From the NCBI GenBank assembly GCA_020184695.1, contig JAANOX010000279.1, positions 246,486 through 310,485 of the forward strand: DNA of 64,000 bases, given 5' to 3'. Positions 1 to 11,496 of this stretch are shown here, one piece after another. Below the pieces are notes generated by a model. It had not been told where the DNA came from and did not search any database. It saw only the letters and a list, made by a program, of their open reading frames with translations. The stretch comes from Histomonas meleagridis 2922-C6/04-290x (Eukaryota > Protista > Parabasalia). Position 1 is the first letter of the stretch. The number at the start of each line of letters is the position of its first letter. The position numbers were made by a program, and so were the translations under genes.

Positions 1-872
1 TCATTGTGAACAGACAAATTAATTTTTGCACTTTCACATTCTCCCATGAGAATGTATTTTGAGCGCTCTTCACTCATTATATCAAGATGATGATTATTCT
101 TGAAACAAGTAGCAAAATAATTGAACATGTTATTATCAAAGTCACGACCACCAAGATTTGGATCTCCGCCCTTTGCCAAAACTGTACATTTATCATATTC
201 GATTTTAACAATGGAAACATCAAATGTACCACCGCCAAGATCATAAATAAGAATAATTCGAGGTTTATATGGGTTGAAATTTGGATCATTAATTCTCTGC
301 ACTTCACTGTATGCTATTGCTGCTGCTGTTGGCTCGTTGAGGATACGCATTACATTTAATCCAGCAATTTCACCGGCAGCTTTTATGGAATTTCGTTGAG
401 CATCATTAAAATATGCTGGAACTGTAATAACTGCGGATTTTACTTTCACATTAAAGGTTGTTTCGATGTTGTTTTTGATTTGTTCGATTATCATTGCGGA
501 TATTTCTTCAGGATAAAATTGCTTTGTTTCACTTCTCCATGTTACTTTTATTAATGGGCGATTGTTTTCACCACGTTGAACTTTGAATGGCCAAAGTTTT
601 AAATATTCTTGTATAATTTCATCATCATAATTACGTCCTATCAAACGCTTGACATCAAAAACTGCATTCCCGACGTTACTTATCGCTGTGTTTTTTGCTT
701 CAAGACCGAACAGTCTTTCATTTTCGGTAAATGTGACAAAAGAAGGAATAGTCAGCGTACCTAAATCAATTTTTGTTGAATATACCTTATCATTCATGAT
801 AATGCATCCACAGCTATTTGACGTGCCGAAATCAATTCCAATTGGTATCTCGTCTTGCTCATCTTTCTCCAT
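1..872 (-). CDS. HSP70-family chaperone, N-terminal part (runs off the window start)
   Basis: Manual translation from ATG at 872: GIDFGTSNS, VFDVKRLIGR, AVITVPAYFNDAQR, ILNEPTAAAIAY, YDLGGGTFDVS, NLGGRDFD. No stop before base 1, so it is absent from the ORF track. Confidence 0.95.
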   Translation of the reverse strand, partial: MEKDEQDEIPIGIDFGTSNSCGCIIMNDKVYSTKIDLGTLTIPSFVTFTENERLFGLEAKNTAISNVGNAVFDVKRLIGRNYDDEIIQEYLKLWPFKVQRGENNRPLIKVTWRSETKQFYPEEISAMIIEQIKNNIETTFNVKVKSAVITVPAYFNDAQRNSIKAAGEIAGLNVMRILNEPTAAAIAYSEVQRINDPNFNPYKPRIILIYDLGGGTFDVSIVKIEYDKCTVLAKGGDPNLGGRDFDNNMFNYFATCFKNNHHLDIMSEERSKYILMGECESAKINLSVHN

Positions 873-1168
873 GAAACTTACTGAAAATAAATGCTTGAAA
901 AAATGCCGAATTTTTTTTGTTATGACATCTGGCCAGATAACTTTTTGATAATATAAATGGTCGTAACAAAATTTTGAGGCAACGTCACTTTTTTCATGTG
1001 AAACTTATCAAGTTTTTCTATATCTAGAATTTAAACAAATCGATGAAATGATATGTAGGAAAGGTTATTAATCGAAAGCAGTTTGCTTACGAAATTATAA
1101 TTCTTTTTATCTTTCTTGGCCATCAGAAAATTATATTAAAGTTAAAATAAAATAATAACATTTTAATA

Positions 1169-1717
1169 TTATGTTTCTAAAGAAGAATTTGGCAAAATGT
1201 TGATCCCAGAGCTATTTTCTTCCGAATCATGTGATGTATCAATCCTATCGCTCATTTTTACAAGTGTTGTTTGAAGCATTTCTCGAAACTCTTGAACCAT
1301 TTGTTCTGATTTTGCTTCGTTTTTCTGTATAATTTCATCTTTTTGTTGCTTTTGGAGTTCAAATTTATCTTTTGTTTTGCGTATTTTCATTTGAATTTCA
1401 GATAATTTCTTTTCAAGCTCTGCTGCATACTTTTGAAGTGCTTCAATTTGCTTTCTGTTATCATTTTGTTGTACTTTAAATTCGCGAGTAATATCACCAA
1501 CAACCTCTTGTGTATCCTTAACAACTTGTTGATGATCTTCATTTGCTTGGTTTAACCTTGTTCCAGCTGAATTTAAAGAAGATTTTAAAACAACTTTTTG
1601 ATCCTTTTTTCTTTGAATTTGTTTTTCCAGGTTTTGAGATCGAAGCCTAATTTCCTTTCTTGGGTCTGGCGCAATAGGAATTTTTGTCGGTGGTCCTCTG
1701 GCTCTTTTCCCAGGCAT
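1169..1717 (-). CDS. Coiled-coil protein, possibly DRC12/CCDC153-like flagellar protein
   Basis: 182-aa ORF with a basic MPGK N-terminus and a long heptad-rich body. The C-terminal EQMVQEFREMLQTTLVKMSDRI resembles CCDC153. Family call is tentative. Confidence 0.5.
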   Translation of the reverse strand: MPGKRARGPPTKIPIAPDPRKEIRLRSQNLEKQIQRKKDQKVVLKSSLNSAGTRLNQANEDHQQVVKDTQEVVGDITREFKVQQNDNRKQIEALQKYAAELEKKLSEIQMKIRKTKDKFELQKQQKDEIIQKNEAKSEQMVQEFREMLQTTLVKMSDRIDTSHDSEENSSGINILPNSSLET

Positions 1718-1864
1718 TTTGCAGCTGCTGAACGAATTTTTTATACGTTACTTTTTTGGGTACCCCATACGGGGTACACCGACCGATAAAAGACGTTTAG
1801 GTGATAAACGTGAAGTGACTTAAAGTCTTTATTTTATAAAACGAATTTATTTATCTTTATATGT

Positions 1865-2030
1865 TCACATAAATTTATCATCACCATTATATTCGATAAT
1901 TGATTTCCGTAATAAAGGAATACCATAAAATTGTTGTGATGTCGAATTTAAGAAACATGTTGCACCTAAATTAACCACTATAACCTGTTGAAGATACTAT
2001 TGTCGCATCACCATCAATTCTCTATTCATT
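1865..2030 (-). pseudogene. Fragment of a ubiquitin-specific protease (C19) Cys box
   Basis: Minus strand reads TGYSG..NLGATCFLNSTSQQFYGIPLLRKSII, with a frameshift just before NLG and surrounding stops. Confidence 0.55.
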
Positions 2031-3061
2031 ATAAATTGTTCGTCAATTATGTACATTATTTGATGCATTAATATTTCTGGCGTTTCTAATGTGATAAACA
2101 TTGTTATGCCATATTAAATGATGAAATATTTCGAGGATTAGAATTAACGAATAAATATCAATTAATGATTGAGTTTGATATTGATGCATTAATAATTTAC
2201 ATAAAAGCATTTGCTTAAAGATCGTTAATAATGAAATGATTCTAAATTATCTCCATTTCTCCAATAATGGGTTAATGGAGTCTATGTTCAGAACATATGA
2301 CAACGATATGCATTATATGATAGAAACAAAATATTGACCATAAAAATGATTCCTTATGAAAAATCAAAATTGAAATAAAAATATTTTTTCATTGGTTCTA
2401 TGAAATTTTTCCAGATTCCAGATTTTTGGCGGCCAGTTTAAAGAAAAACTCACCTGAATTTGTGTGTTGAGTTTTTCGCAACTGTAGAAAATGAAATAAA
2501 TTGCAAATAGTTTACTTGTATACAAAAAAATAAAACTCACGTTCATCTTTAAAGATTTTTAGAAAAACAACCATCCAAAAAATCGGTTTTGGTGTAGGCA
2601 GTGCATACGAAATATCATATGAATCAGGTTCTAAAGATCCAAATTTCCCAGATCCTAATTTACCACATGATCGTGAACAATGTTTAAAAACATTAAAGTA
2701 TGTATTATGAACAATATTTTAGAATGGCTTTTCGTTAACTAAAAGTAAATAAAATTTCAGATTCTTGAAATAAAATTGATGGAGTGAATATTTTCCAATT
2801 ATTTCTTGTTCTTATGTCCTTCATGATGCTTTCAAAACTTATATTTGGAAAATTAAAACAGTCTTTCAATGACCGTTTAGCAACTGTAGGGTTTTGTCCT
2901 AACCGTCCGTTCGGACGATATCAAATCAAGAACTTTAACCGTTTTATGACATTGAAAATTGTTTTGTTCTTCCATAGAAATATGCGTCACCTCACCAGTA
3001 TTTCTGTGGCACCTCCCGTACAACTGTAAGTTTTGTGAGTGGCACTTTTTATACTAAAGCA

Positions 3062-3766
3062 ATGAATCCAATGCTGACTAACGATGAAGCCCAATGTGAA
3101 TTTTCCACAGCTGACCTCCAAATGCTACCGGCAGGGCTTCTCGAAGATATGGGATTCGAAGCCAAAAGGTCATCATCGCAAATCCAAGATGATATTCCAT
3201 TAAATAATAATTATTTTGTCGAAAAAGTTCGTACCAGATCTACCCTTGCTCCACCAATTTCAATAGAGTTTCCAAAATCTAGACAGAAAAGTTCTTCATT
3301 GATTAGATTTAATTTTTTAGTTTCCAGTCCTCATGGTCTTACCCCTGTTCAAGCTGGTGTTCACCGCCAGCTCGTGCCTAAAGATTATGTCATATACAGT
3401 GATGGCCCTGTCCTTCGTTATGGAGTTGCAGTTCATGCAGATGTCAACAAAAGTAGTGAGAAGGAAGAAAAACGTCCTTATATGTCATCAGACAAATCCA
3501 TTATTCGATTTATTGATGAAGATCATATTCTTGTTCCAAGTTTAATTGATAGAGATAAAAAAGCGCTAATTTTGCTCCAACTAATCATAGAACGAATGAA
3601 TGTAGAATACCGTGTTGTGTTTCTTGAGACAGTTTCTTTCAACCACAGAGCCGCATTTCATCTTGGTCACAAATATACAAATCAGAACATTGTCAAAGAA
3701 ATATGCAAACAACTACAGTTTTTGTTTGGATGCCCTATTTATCCATTTTATATTGAAGATGAGTGA
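3062..3766 (+). CDS. Hypothetical protein (~234 aa)
   Basis: Long open frame with typical codon usage. First ATG at 3062. No recognised domain. Confidence 0.7.
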   Translation: MNPMLTNDEAQCEFSTADLQMLPAGLLEDMGFEAKRSSSQIQDDIPLNNNYFVEKVRTRSTLAPPISIEFPKSRQKSSSLIRFNFLVSSPHGLTPVQAGVHRQLVPKDYVIYSDGPVLRYGVAVHADVNKSSEKEEKRPYMSSDKSIIRFIDEDHILVPSLIDRDKKALILLQLIIERMNVEYRVVFLETVSFNHRAAFHLGHKYTNQNIVKEICKQLQFLFGCPIYPFYIEDE

Positions 3767-3806
3767 TTTATTTGGTGTGTAAATAAAAAAGAATATGTTA
3801 AATATT

Positions 3807-4310
3807 TTATGATGTTTGGAATCTAGCGCGCATTGACGTCAAAAGGCAAACTAAAAGACCCATGATACCAATGAGCTCTGAGAAAATTTGTACGATAAGT
3901 AATTTGAAGAACATTTCTGCATCACGATGACAAACAAGTGAAATTGAGGAGCCAACAAGACCAATGGCCAAACCAGCTGAAAGGCTACATGCTCCTTGCA
4001 CAATCCCACCAAAGAATATTGCATAACCAGCATGATAATGTTGTCTATCAAATGGTAAACCATGATATTCAATACGGCCATTTAAAACAAGGGCCATAAT
4101 TAAACCATAAATGGCAATAACTTCGCAAAGAATGAGATTCATAATATCTCTCATTGAGATTGTTCCGGATACAACGGCCGTTCCAGACATTGCTGTACCA
4201 CATGTCCAAATACCCCATGCTGCGCCAATTGCTGCAAGTCCTACGCAAAGGCCGATACCTTCTCCTGCAAAATTGTAAGGGGAGATGTCAAATAAAAACC
4301 CTGATGACAT
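3807..4310 (-). CDS. VMA16: V-type ATPase proteolipid subunit c'' (Vma16/ATP6V0B-like)
   Basis: GIGLCVGLAAIGAAWGIW, NLILCEVIAIYGLI and several hydrophobic helices. The Glu lies in the CEV motif typical of c''. Confidence 0.85.
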   Translation of the reverse strand: MSSGFLFDISPYNFAGEGIGLCVGLAAIGAAWGIWTCGTAMSGTAVVSGTISMRDIMNLILCEVIAIYGLIMALVLNGRIEYHGLPFDRQHYHAGYAIFFGGIVQGACSLSAGLAIGLVGSSISLVCHRDAEMFFKLLIVQIFSELIGIMGLLVCLLTSMRARFQTS

Positions 4311-4747
4311 ATGTGTCGATTAACCAAACCGTTTTCATAACAAAAGTGCATATCATTGGGGTGCCCTGATTCACAATAAATCTTCCTACAGGAATGCGTT
4401 CCTGATTCTTCATCGCATGTAAATATTTTGAATCTTTTACTTCCATTTCTTGTATTAAACTTTCATGACAAAAATATAAATTTAACTTTAAAGATAATAA
4501 TTTTTTTTTAAATAATTGCAAAAATACATATGAGAAGTGTGATGAATCTAAAAACTATCTCTTTCTTGATATATAAATATTTTCATATTTAAAAAGAAAA
4601 CGAATTTATTTAAAAATCTTCTTAGCATCTTCTCTCTTCCAAAATGCAAAGTAATTAATAGACAAAGAAACCAATATATTTGCAATGATCAAAGATATAA
4701 TCAAAAAAAAAAACATTTTTTTTTTCACATGAACAATAACATTTCTT

Positions 4748-5413
4748 TCAACTATGAGGAGCAGTTACTGTTTGGGGTTGGGGCAATTCTCCGTCTGCAC
4801 CATCTCCATAAATTGGATATTCAATTTTAACTGAGATCACTCCTTTTCTACACATCGGGCATGGGTTTTTTTCTTTCCATATTTTGGTTGCACAAGAATA
4901 GCAACAGCATTGATGACCACAAGGAAGAAAGATGGAATTGCAATCATTTGTTCCGCAAACACAACAATTCGACTCAGAAAACACACTAATAGCTGAAGAT
5001 ATGTGAACATTGCAGAGAGGGCATGTTTCGCTTCTGTCCTTTGGAATTTTTGCTGAGCAATTTGCACAAAAAATTCTATGTCCACATGGAATGCAAACAT
5101 TGGTTGCTGGTTCACGCAAGCATTTCATGCACATACCTGGAATTCGTCGTTCTTTTTCTTTTTCTTCAGGTAATTTTTGCATAGTATCTTCTTTAAAAAA
5201 TGGTTCTTGACACTCAGGAAGATCTCCTGGATTACTTACGTTTGGAAGAGGTTCTGGAAGCTTATTGATCGAATTAATGAGCAAATCTTGAACCAAAATC
5301 GGTCTTTGAAGATTAAAATTAGTATTGACCAAATGGTACCCACCTGCGTTGTTTTGGTTTTGCGAACTTGGTACTGTGCTATTTTGATTTGGTACCTGTT
5401 GTATCCCTTGCAT
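4748..5413 (-). CDS. Tandem RING-finger (C3HC4, IAP/MIB-like) E3 ligase
   Basis: Two RINGs: CMKC..PCGHRIFCANC..CPLC and CCVC..PCGHQCCCYSC..CPMCR. Confidence 0.85.
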   Translation of the reverse strand: MQGIQQVPNQNSTVPSSQNQNNAGGYHLVNTNFNLQRPILVQDLLINSINKLPEPLPNVSNPGDLPECQEPFFKEDTMQKLPEEKEKERRIPGMCMKCLREPATNVCIPCGHRIFCANCSAKIPKDRSETCPLCNVHISSAISVFSESNCCVCGTNDCNSIFLPCGHQCCCYSCATKIWKEKNPCPMCRKGVISVKIEYPIYGDGADGELPQPQTVTAPHS

Positions 5414-5774
5414 ATTTTTGTTAGGAAAAGGCCAAAAATTTTGAGCTATGTACGTTAACAAATGAATCGAATTTTTTATTTTTAACCCAATATAAAACTC
5501 TGTTTATTCCATGTATTGCGCTGAATAAAACATCATTATTCACAATGTAAAGTGTTTTGTTATTCTTTTCATAAGACATTAAATCCATTTTTTTGTGATC
5601 AATTCATGATTTTTTTCTAACACCAACAAAAACACAACTATAATGATAAGCTGTTGAAAGCTTCAACCTGATGAAATTGTGTTTTATATTATCAAAAGAT
5701 TAGGAAAACAATAAAATATTTATCAGAAATACAAATTTAAAAATCAAAAAAAAATGATATGAATTCAGTGGTCT

Positions 5775-6197
5775 TTACTTCAAAGATGTTGCTGATGAGC
5801 TACGTGTAGCACCAACACCTGCCTTGCTGTGCTTAACAATCTTCTTGCTCATTGCGAAATCAGCAAGAACATGACCAATCATTTCTGGCTTGATTTGTAC
5901 TTCTACGAATTCCTTTCCATTGTAGATACCGATTATGTTATCAACAAATTCAGGAAGAACAACCATTGATCTAAGGTGTGTCTTAACAACAGGTGGCTTT
6001 TCACCAGGGCCCTTTACAGCTTCACGAGCCTTCTTGAGCTTAGTGATAAGATGAAGATGCTTTACACCAAAGCAACGTGAGATATAACGCCTGCGTGGTG
6101 CTGAAAGAAGTTTGACGAATTCTGGGAGCTCCATTGCCTTAAGGTCGTCGAGTGTTTTACCGCGGAATGTATAGTTACGCTGGGCGAATTTGGACAT
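5775..6197 (-). CDS. RPS15: 40S ribosomal protein S15 (uS19)
   Basis: YTFRGKTLDDL, VVKTHLRSM, YNGKEF, EMIGHVLADFAM, GVGATRSS. Confidence 0.97.
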   Translation of the reverse strand: MSKFAQRNYTFRGKTLDDLKAMELPEFVKLLSAPRRRYISRCFGVKHLHLITKLKKAREAVKGPGEKPPVVKTHLRSMVVLPEFVDNIIGIYNGKEFVEVQIKPEMIGHVLADFAMSKKIVKHSKAGVGATRSSSATSLK

Positions 6198-6243
6198 TTA
6201 AAAAAAAGGGAAGGCCACACTTTAACCGCAAAAACCGTCGGTT
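6198..6243 (-). promoter_or_regulatory. M3 (RRCGGTT) and M5 (CCTTT)-like core promoter of RPS15
   Basis: Minus strand: gacggtt..gcggtt..ccttccctttt directly upstream of the ATG. Matches core-promoter motifs described for Trichomonas ribosomal protein genes. Confidence 0.6.
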
Positions 6244-6345
6244 ATCAGATAAACGTTCGTTTGTCGATAGAATTTTTTTCAAATTCCAGGTGATCATATT
6301 TGATTCAAAATATTGAACGTTCATTTTTTGTTATTTCACATTTTA

Positions 6346-7494
6346 ATGAAAGAGCTTTGTCAAGAGATCCAACAAGCAATCCAAAACGCTAAAACTACAG
6401 GTTGAGAAAATGCTGGTGAGAAGAAATTAATTAATGATTTTCTTACAGTAATTGAAAAACATTTAACTTCATCAAACTTTCACGAAATTTTAATTAAAAC
6501 TGTTTCTGATTTTTATCCTCTTGTAGGAAAGCTAGTTGAATTAATTGTTGAACAAATTTGCACTTCGAAAGAATGCTTGACAATTTTTTTTTGTTTTGCT
6601 CAAATTGGAAGGAACACATTCCGCAATATAATTTGAAGCCCATTGCTAACGCTATCAAACACCTTAATTTGAAAAAAAGTTTTATCAAACCACTATCTGG
6701 TCACATCTTCACAAATATATCTACTTTATCATTTAGGCAAACCTTCTGATTACACTGAGTTTCCAGAAATTTGTTCCCAAATTAAATCGAAAATTATTGA
6801 AATCATATCAATTATTAATTCTTTTGGCAAACCATGCTATGTTCCAATTGTTAAAGATTCCGATTCTTGTGATTCCCATGTCTCCAAATTTGGTGGTTGT
6901 CCTCCCCATCTTCCACATGAAGATAATTTTCCTCGATGTGATCAATGTAATCAATCATTATCAATCGTATTTTCATTATATGTTCCATCGCTTCCTGTTG
7001 AAATCCAAAGTTATTTTCCAGAAGATGAACGTGAATGTTTACTTTTAGGATATTCGTGATTACATTTTTATAATTGCTTAAAAGTCATCTGATATAAAAA
7101 TGAAGAAATTAATGAGTTAGCTTATGGAGAAATTGATCCTCAATTTGTCTTTAATGAGAATCGAGTGATTGTTGAGTGGCGGAAATCGATTTCATATCCA
7201 ACATCAGCCGAAATACTGATGAAGTTGCGACCTGATTTGCCTGAAGAGGATTTGGATTTAGCCGAAAAAATAATTGATAAAGTATATAACTCAAAAAGAG
7301 TCGACGTGACATATTTGGGTGGTTACCCTTACTTCATACAGGGCGATGATCAGCCAGAAGACACTGTGCTGCTACTGGAGATGCAAGAATCGAATGCATC
7401 GACAAATTTGTGGGGTGACTGCGGAACTGCTCAGGTGTGGATGACAACAGGTCAGGACTTTGGCTCTTTTATAATGCAATTTGCTTTCTGTTAA
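6346..7494 (+). pseudogene. Disrupted DUF1963/YwqG-like gene
   Basis: ATG at 6346 after TCACATTTT. SKFGGCPP..PRCDQC and YLGGYPYFIQGD..WGDCGTAQVW lie in one frame, interrupted by TGA at 6403, 6634, 6670, 7057 and 7090. Confidence 0.65.
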
Positions 7495-8186
7495 ATATTT
7501 GAAAATGTATTAAACTTTTTATATAAATATGTGTGCGAGCAGAAATATTGATATTAAATTAAGGTGAAGTTCGACTACAAATATTGCAAATATTATTTTA
7601 TTAAACATTTTATGTTTGTATATATACATGTAGAAGATTCTCAAAATTTAAGTATTTAAGCTGTATATTGTTTGGTAAATATAGTATTAGCATAATAATT
7701 TTCATGTTTTAGTAGCTCTTTAAATACATTAATAATATATGTTTTTCCCTACAGGGCATAATATTTATTAATAATCTTGATTTGTAAATATGTTATGCAA
7801 CTTACTATTGTTATTAGAAAATTTGGAATAATTCTAAAGTTATTACATAGATCAGATACATTTAAATAAAACTCTTCATCAAATTCGATATCTTTACAGA
7901 AATTGTTATAAACCCTTTTAAAAATAAAGATTTTATTATGTAATCTTACTGAATATATTCACAGAAATCACTTTATATTATATCCTTCTTTCGATGCATA
8001 AATTTTATCCTAAGCTCTAATTTTTGAAATATCTTCATTAATATTAGCAATTTGATTTCACTTGTAAAAACATTTCATATGCATTATTTTTATTAAATCA
8101 CTAATGAATTCATTTTTAATTAATAACATTTCAAAAGTGTTTTCCAAAAAAATAAAAATAAAAAAATTTTTATTCAAATAAACAAA

Positions 8187-9446
8187 TCATTGCACTGACA
8201 ATTTATCCAATATTTTATCAGCAATGATTGAGATTTCTTTCGATTCGCATTCAGTTAATTTTTCGATAATTTCACCAAAAAATTCGATCGCTGCGAATCG
8301 CTCCACATTCCACAACGCGGCATTCAGCACAAGAGCATTAAACTCTTCGTCGCATTCATTTTCCACATAACACAAAGCGCACTCAATGATTTCATATTTG
8401 ATATCGTTCACATTTATTATCCCATTTTGAACAAATAAAAACAAAATTCGAATCGTTTCTTTTTTCGAATTCGAACACATCCCACAAAACATCGAAGAAA
8501 TAACTTGTTGAATCCCACACGAAGCACATTTACACATAAAATTAAAATCATTTCGCATAATATGTGAAATACAAAAAAGTGTTGAAGATGATATTTTCGA
8601 ATCAGATGATTCAACAAAAGGAAAAAGTATAGTTGGATCAATAGATATCTGTGACCGATTGAGGAGGAGTGGGAGAGAAAGAAGCGCAGAACAAATGGTG
8701 GATGATGTGAAGTCATTGATATTATTCAAAATCATCTCAACAAGAAAAACAGAATTTGTAAGATCAAAATATGATGGACGTTGAATAGAGATCCATAGGA
8801 GCAGAGAAAGACGGTCTTTTGTGAGGTTTCCATTGTTATATATTATTTGGAATATATTACAATAGTGTTGATCTGGAATAGACGGAAAGGTAAAAAGAGA
8901 TGTTATAAATCTGATAATGGATTCCTTTGGTTTTTGGCTTAAGAGGTCAAATTCTTTCATCAATACTGAGAAATCAAATAATTGTAAAATTTGGGTGCAA
9001 TAATATGGGTTTAGTTTTGCTATTATGGAAAGGCATTCGAGTATCATTAGTGAGGATTCAACATCATATGGAAAATTGATTTTTTCAATGAAATGAGAAA
9101 TTGGAATTTCTGATTTGATTATTTGTAATATAAAACGTAGAAATACGAATGATAGATGTCGGAGAGTTTCACCATATTCTTTGGATATTAAACAAATTAA
9201 AATATTTAAAATATCACATTCAAAAAAAGAATTTGTCTCCCAACTCCTACATACGTAAATGATATTTAAGGCCTTTTGAATATATTTGGTTAATGCACTA
9301 AAATCAGAAGTCATCCATGATAATTCAATCATTGAATACAAATCATTTAATTCCACAGTATTACACACACCATAATTTCCACTTAATGCCTCCCTTATAC
9401 GTTCTGCCTGCATCTGCTCGTGACTTATTGATTTGAATTCCTCCAT
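8187..9446 (-). CDS. Hypothetical helical (ARM/HEAT-like) protein, 419 aa
   Basis: Long ORF rich in Leu/Ile amphipathic segments. No specific family recognised. Confidence 0.7.
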   Translation of the reverse strand: MEEFKSISHEQMQAERIREALSGNYGVCNTVELNDLYSMIELSWMTSDFSALTKYIQKALNIIYVCRSWETNSFFECDILNILICLISKEYGETLRHLSFVFLRFILQIIKSEIPISHFIEKINFPYDVESSLMILECLSIIAKLNPYYCTQILQLFDFSVLMKEFDLLSQKPKESIIRFITSLFTFPSIPDQHYCNIFQIIYNNGNLTKDRLSLLLWISIQRPSYFDLTNSVFLVEMILNNINDFTSSTICSALLSLPLLLNRSQISIDPTILFPFVESSDSKISSSTLFCISHIMRNDFNFMCKCASCGIQQVISSMFCGMCSNSKKETIRILFLFVQNGIINVNDIKYEIIECALCYVENECDEEFNALVLNAALWNVERFAAIEFFGEIIEKLTECESKEISIIADKILDKLSVQ

Positions 9447-9723
9447 TTGGCTTAAGTAATTTTAACATCAAATGTTTTAACGTCCATATTTTGGGAACCC
9501 CATAAAAAATTCAATATGAAAAATTCTCAGTCAACAAGTACAACAGCACCCAAAGTTATTTTTAGAAATTTATAGATGAAGCAAAACGAAGACAATGTTA
9601 ATCTTTTCATGAAACTTTATTTGAAAGATATTTTTTTTTTATAAAATTGTATAATTCTATATAATTATAATTTTATAATATTTTTATATAACTTGTTGTA
9701 TTCAATAATTATTTATAATGTAA

Positions 9724-11153
9724 AATAAACTTGTGAAAATAAATCGGCATTGAGGAAACTCTATGAATTTTTCGAATACAGACCGTTTATTATCAGGGAT
9801 GAACAAGGTAGAGAACATAATCAACCTTTACAAACAAGGATTCAGCCAAAAACGAATGGCAGACATACTGCATGTTGGAACTCATCGAGTTGGTGATACA
9901 ATTCGACAGTTTACCTCAACGAATGAAATTTTAAAAGAATCAAAACGTGGATAGCCTCAAGTAATTAATAATCAAATAAAAGAATATATCGAAATTAAAA
10001 CACTTCGTAACGCATCATTAACATCAGTTAAATTATCACAACAAATAGAAGATATTTTTCATCAATCAATTTCACCACAATATGTCTCAAAAATTAGAAA
10101 CGAAATGAGATTTCAGTATCGACCTCCTAAAACAGAACAGCTTTTAAACGAAGAACAGATTAATGCAAGAAAAAAATTTTGCTCAAAAATGTTAACACAA
10201 ACACAATTTTTGGATAAAATTGCCTTTTCGGACGAATGTAGATTTGTATTATATAAAGACAATCGATGGGTGTGGGTAAGAAAAGGAGATCATACTCCAA
10301 ATTCAATATCAAGAAATGTAAAATTTCCCCAGTCAATTATGATTTTTGAAGTAATTTCATGTAACTATAAGAGCAAACTTGTAATAATTCAAAAATCTGT
10401 GAACTCTGAGCAATATATAGAGAATATGATTAAATCTGATTTCATCAATGGGATGAATGAACTACATGGAAAATTAGATTGGGTGTACATGCAGGACGGA
10501 GCTAGGTGCCACACATCTGTTGATTCTATTGATTGGCTGGAGGAGCGACTCGATGTGATTACTGATTGGCCACCCAACTCCCCCGACTTAAATCCCATAG
10601 AATTACTATGGGCAATAATGAAGCGTATTGTAGCTGAACAAATGCCGAGCACTGTAGAGGAGCTTAAAAAACTGCTTGAAAAAACTTGGAATGAACTTGA
10701 CATGGAATTAATTAACAAGCTTTGTTCGGGTTACGTCGACAGTTTACGACTCTGCTTGGAAATGGAGGGGCAGTCGATTTCAAGATTCTTAGGATTAGCG
10801 AAAGATTTAAAAGAGGCTATTCTGAAAAAAAGAAACTATACGCGATGGACAGAAGAAGAGGACATGTTACTTCATGATTTGGTAACAAAAATTGGACATC
10901 AATGGAAATTGATTTCCCAACATATAAACAAAAGAGATCCGATTTCATGCAAAAATAGGTGGTACACATGTGTAAGAAAGAAGCAGCCAGAAATATTGGA
11001 AAAAAATTAAAAAATTTATTAATAAAAATTGAATAAAAAAGAGATTTTCGAAATTAAATCGACAATAATCCAGTTGTCAATTTTGAGAAGTTTACATACT
11101 ATCTTATCATATTTCAATCTATCTTAATGCCGAATTATTTTCACCAGTTTATT
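9724..11153 (+). mobile_element. Tc1-like (DD34E) DNA transposon with 28-bp terminal inverted repeats
   Basis: Left 9724-9751 aataaacttgtgaaaataaatcggcatt matches the reverse complement of 11126-11153 at 26/28 positions. The repeats enclose a transposase gene. Confidence 0.85.
9763..11010 (+). pseudogene. Tc1/IS630 transposase with C-terminal Myb-like domain, one premature TAG (9952-9954)
   Basis: ORFs 9763-9954 and 10105-11010 share a frame separated only by TAG. FSDE, QDGA and NSPDLNPIE give DD34E. C-terminal RWTEEED..W..I..R....CKNRW is a Myb repeat. Confidence 0.9.
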
Positions 11154-11496
11154 ATTAATTACATATTTATACAGTTTGTGGAATGGGATAAGAGAATATT
11201 CAGAAGATTTTCATAAAAAGATTTGGGCAAGATGGATGCGTTTTGGTTGAATAATGAAATATTTTTTAATGAAAAACTTCAAGTATATGAAATAAATGAT
11301 AAGTTGCCTTTGGGATGGCAGAAAGATAATAAAGTTTTAATGAATAATGAAAATTTAAGTATTCCAAATAAAATTAAAGATGTGAATGGATTTCATCATG
11401 AAGTTCATTCTATGTTTTTATTTATTATTATTTTATATAAAAATTCATATCACATGTCCATTAAAATTTTTTTCAGTGTTATTTAATAGCATTGGA

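Noticed and set aside
2580-2710. Short protein-like fragment IGFGVGSAYEISYESGSKDPNFPDPNLPHDREQCLKTL
   Set aside because: Probably a gene remnant, but too short to assign to a family without a search.
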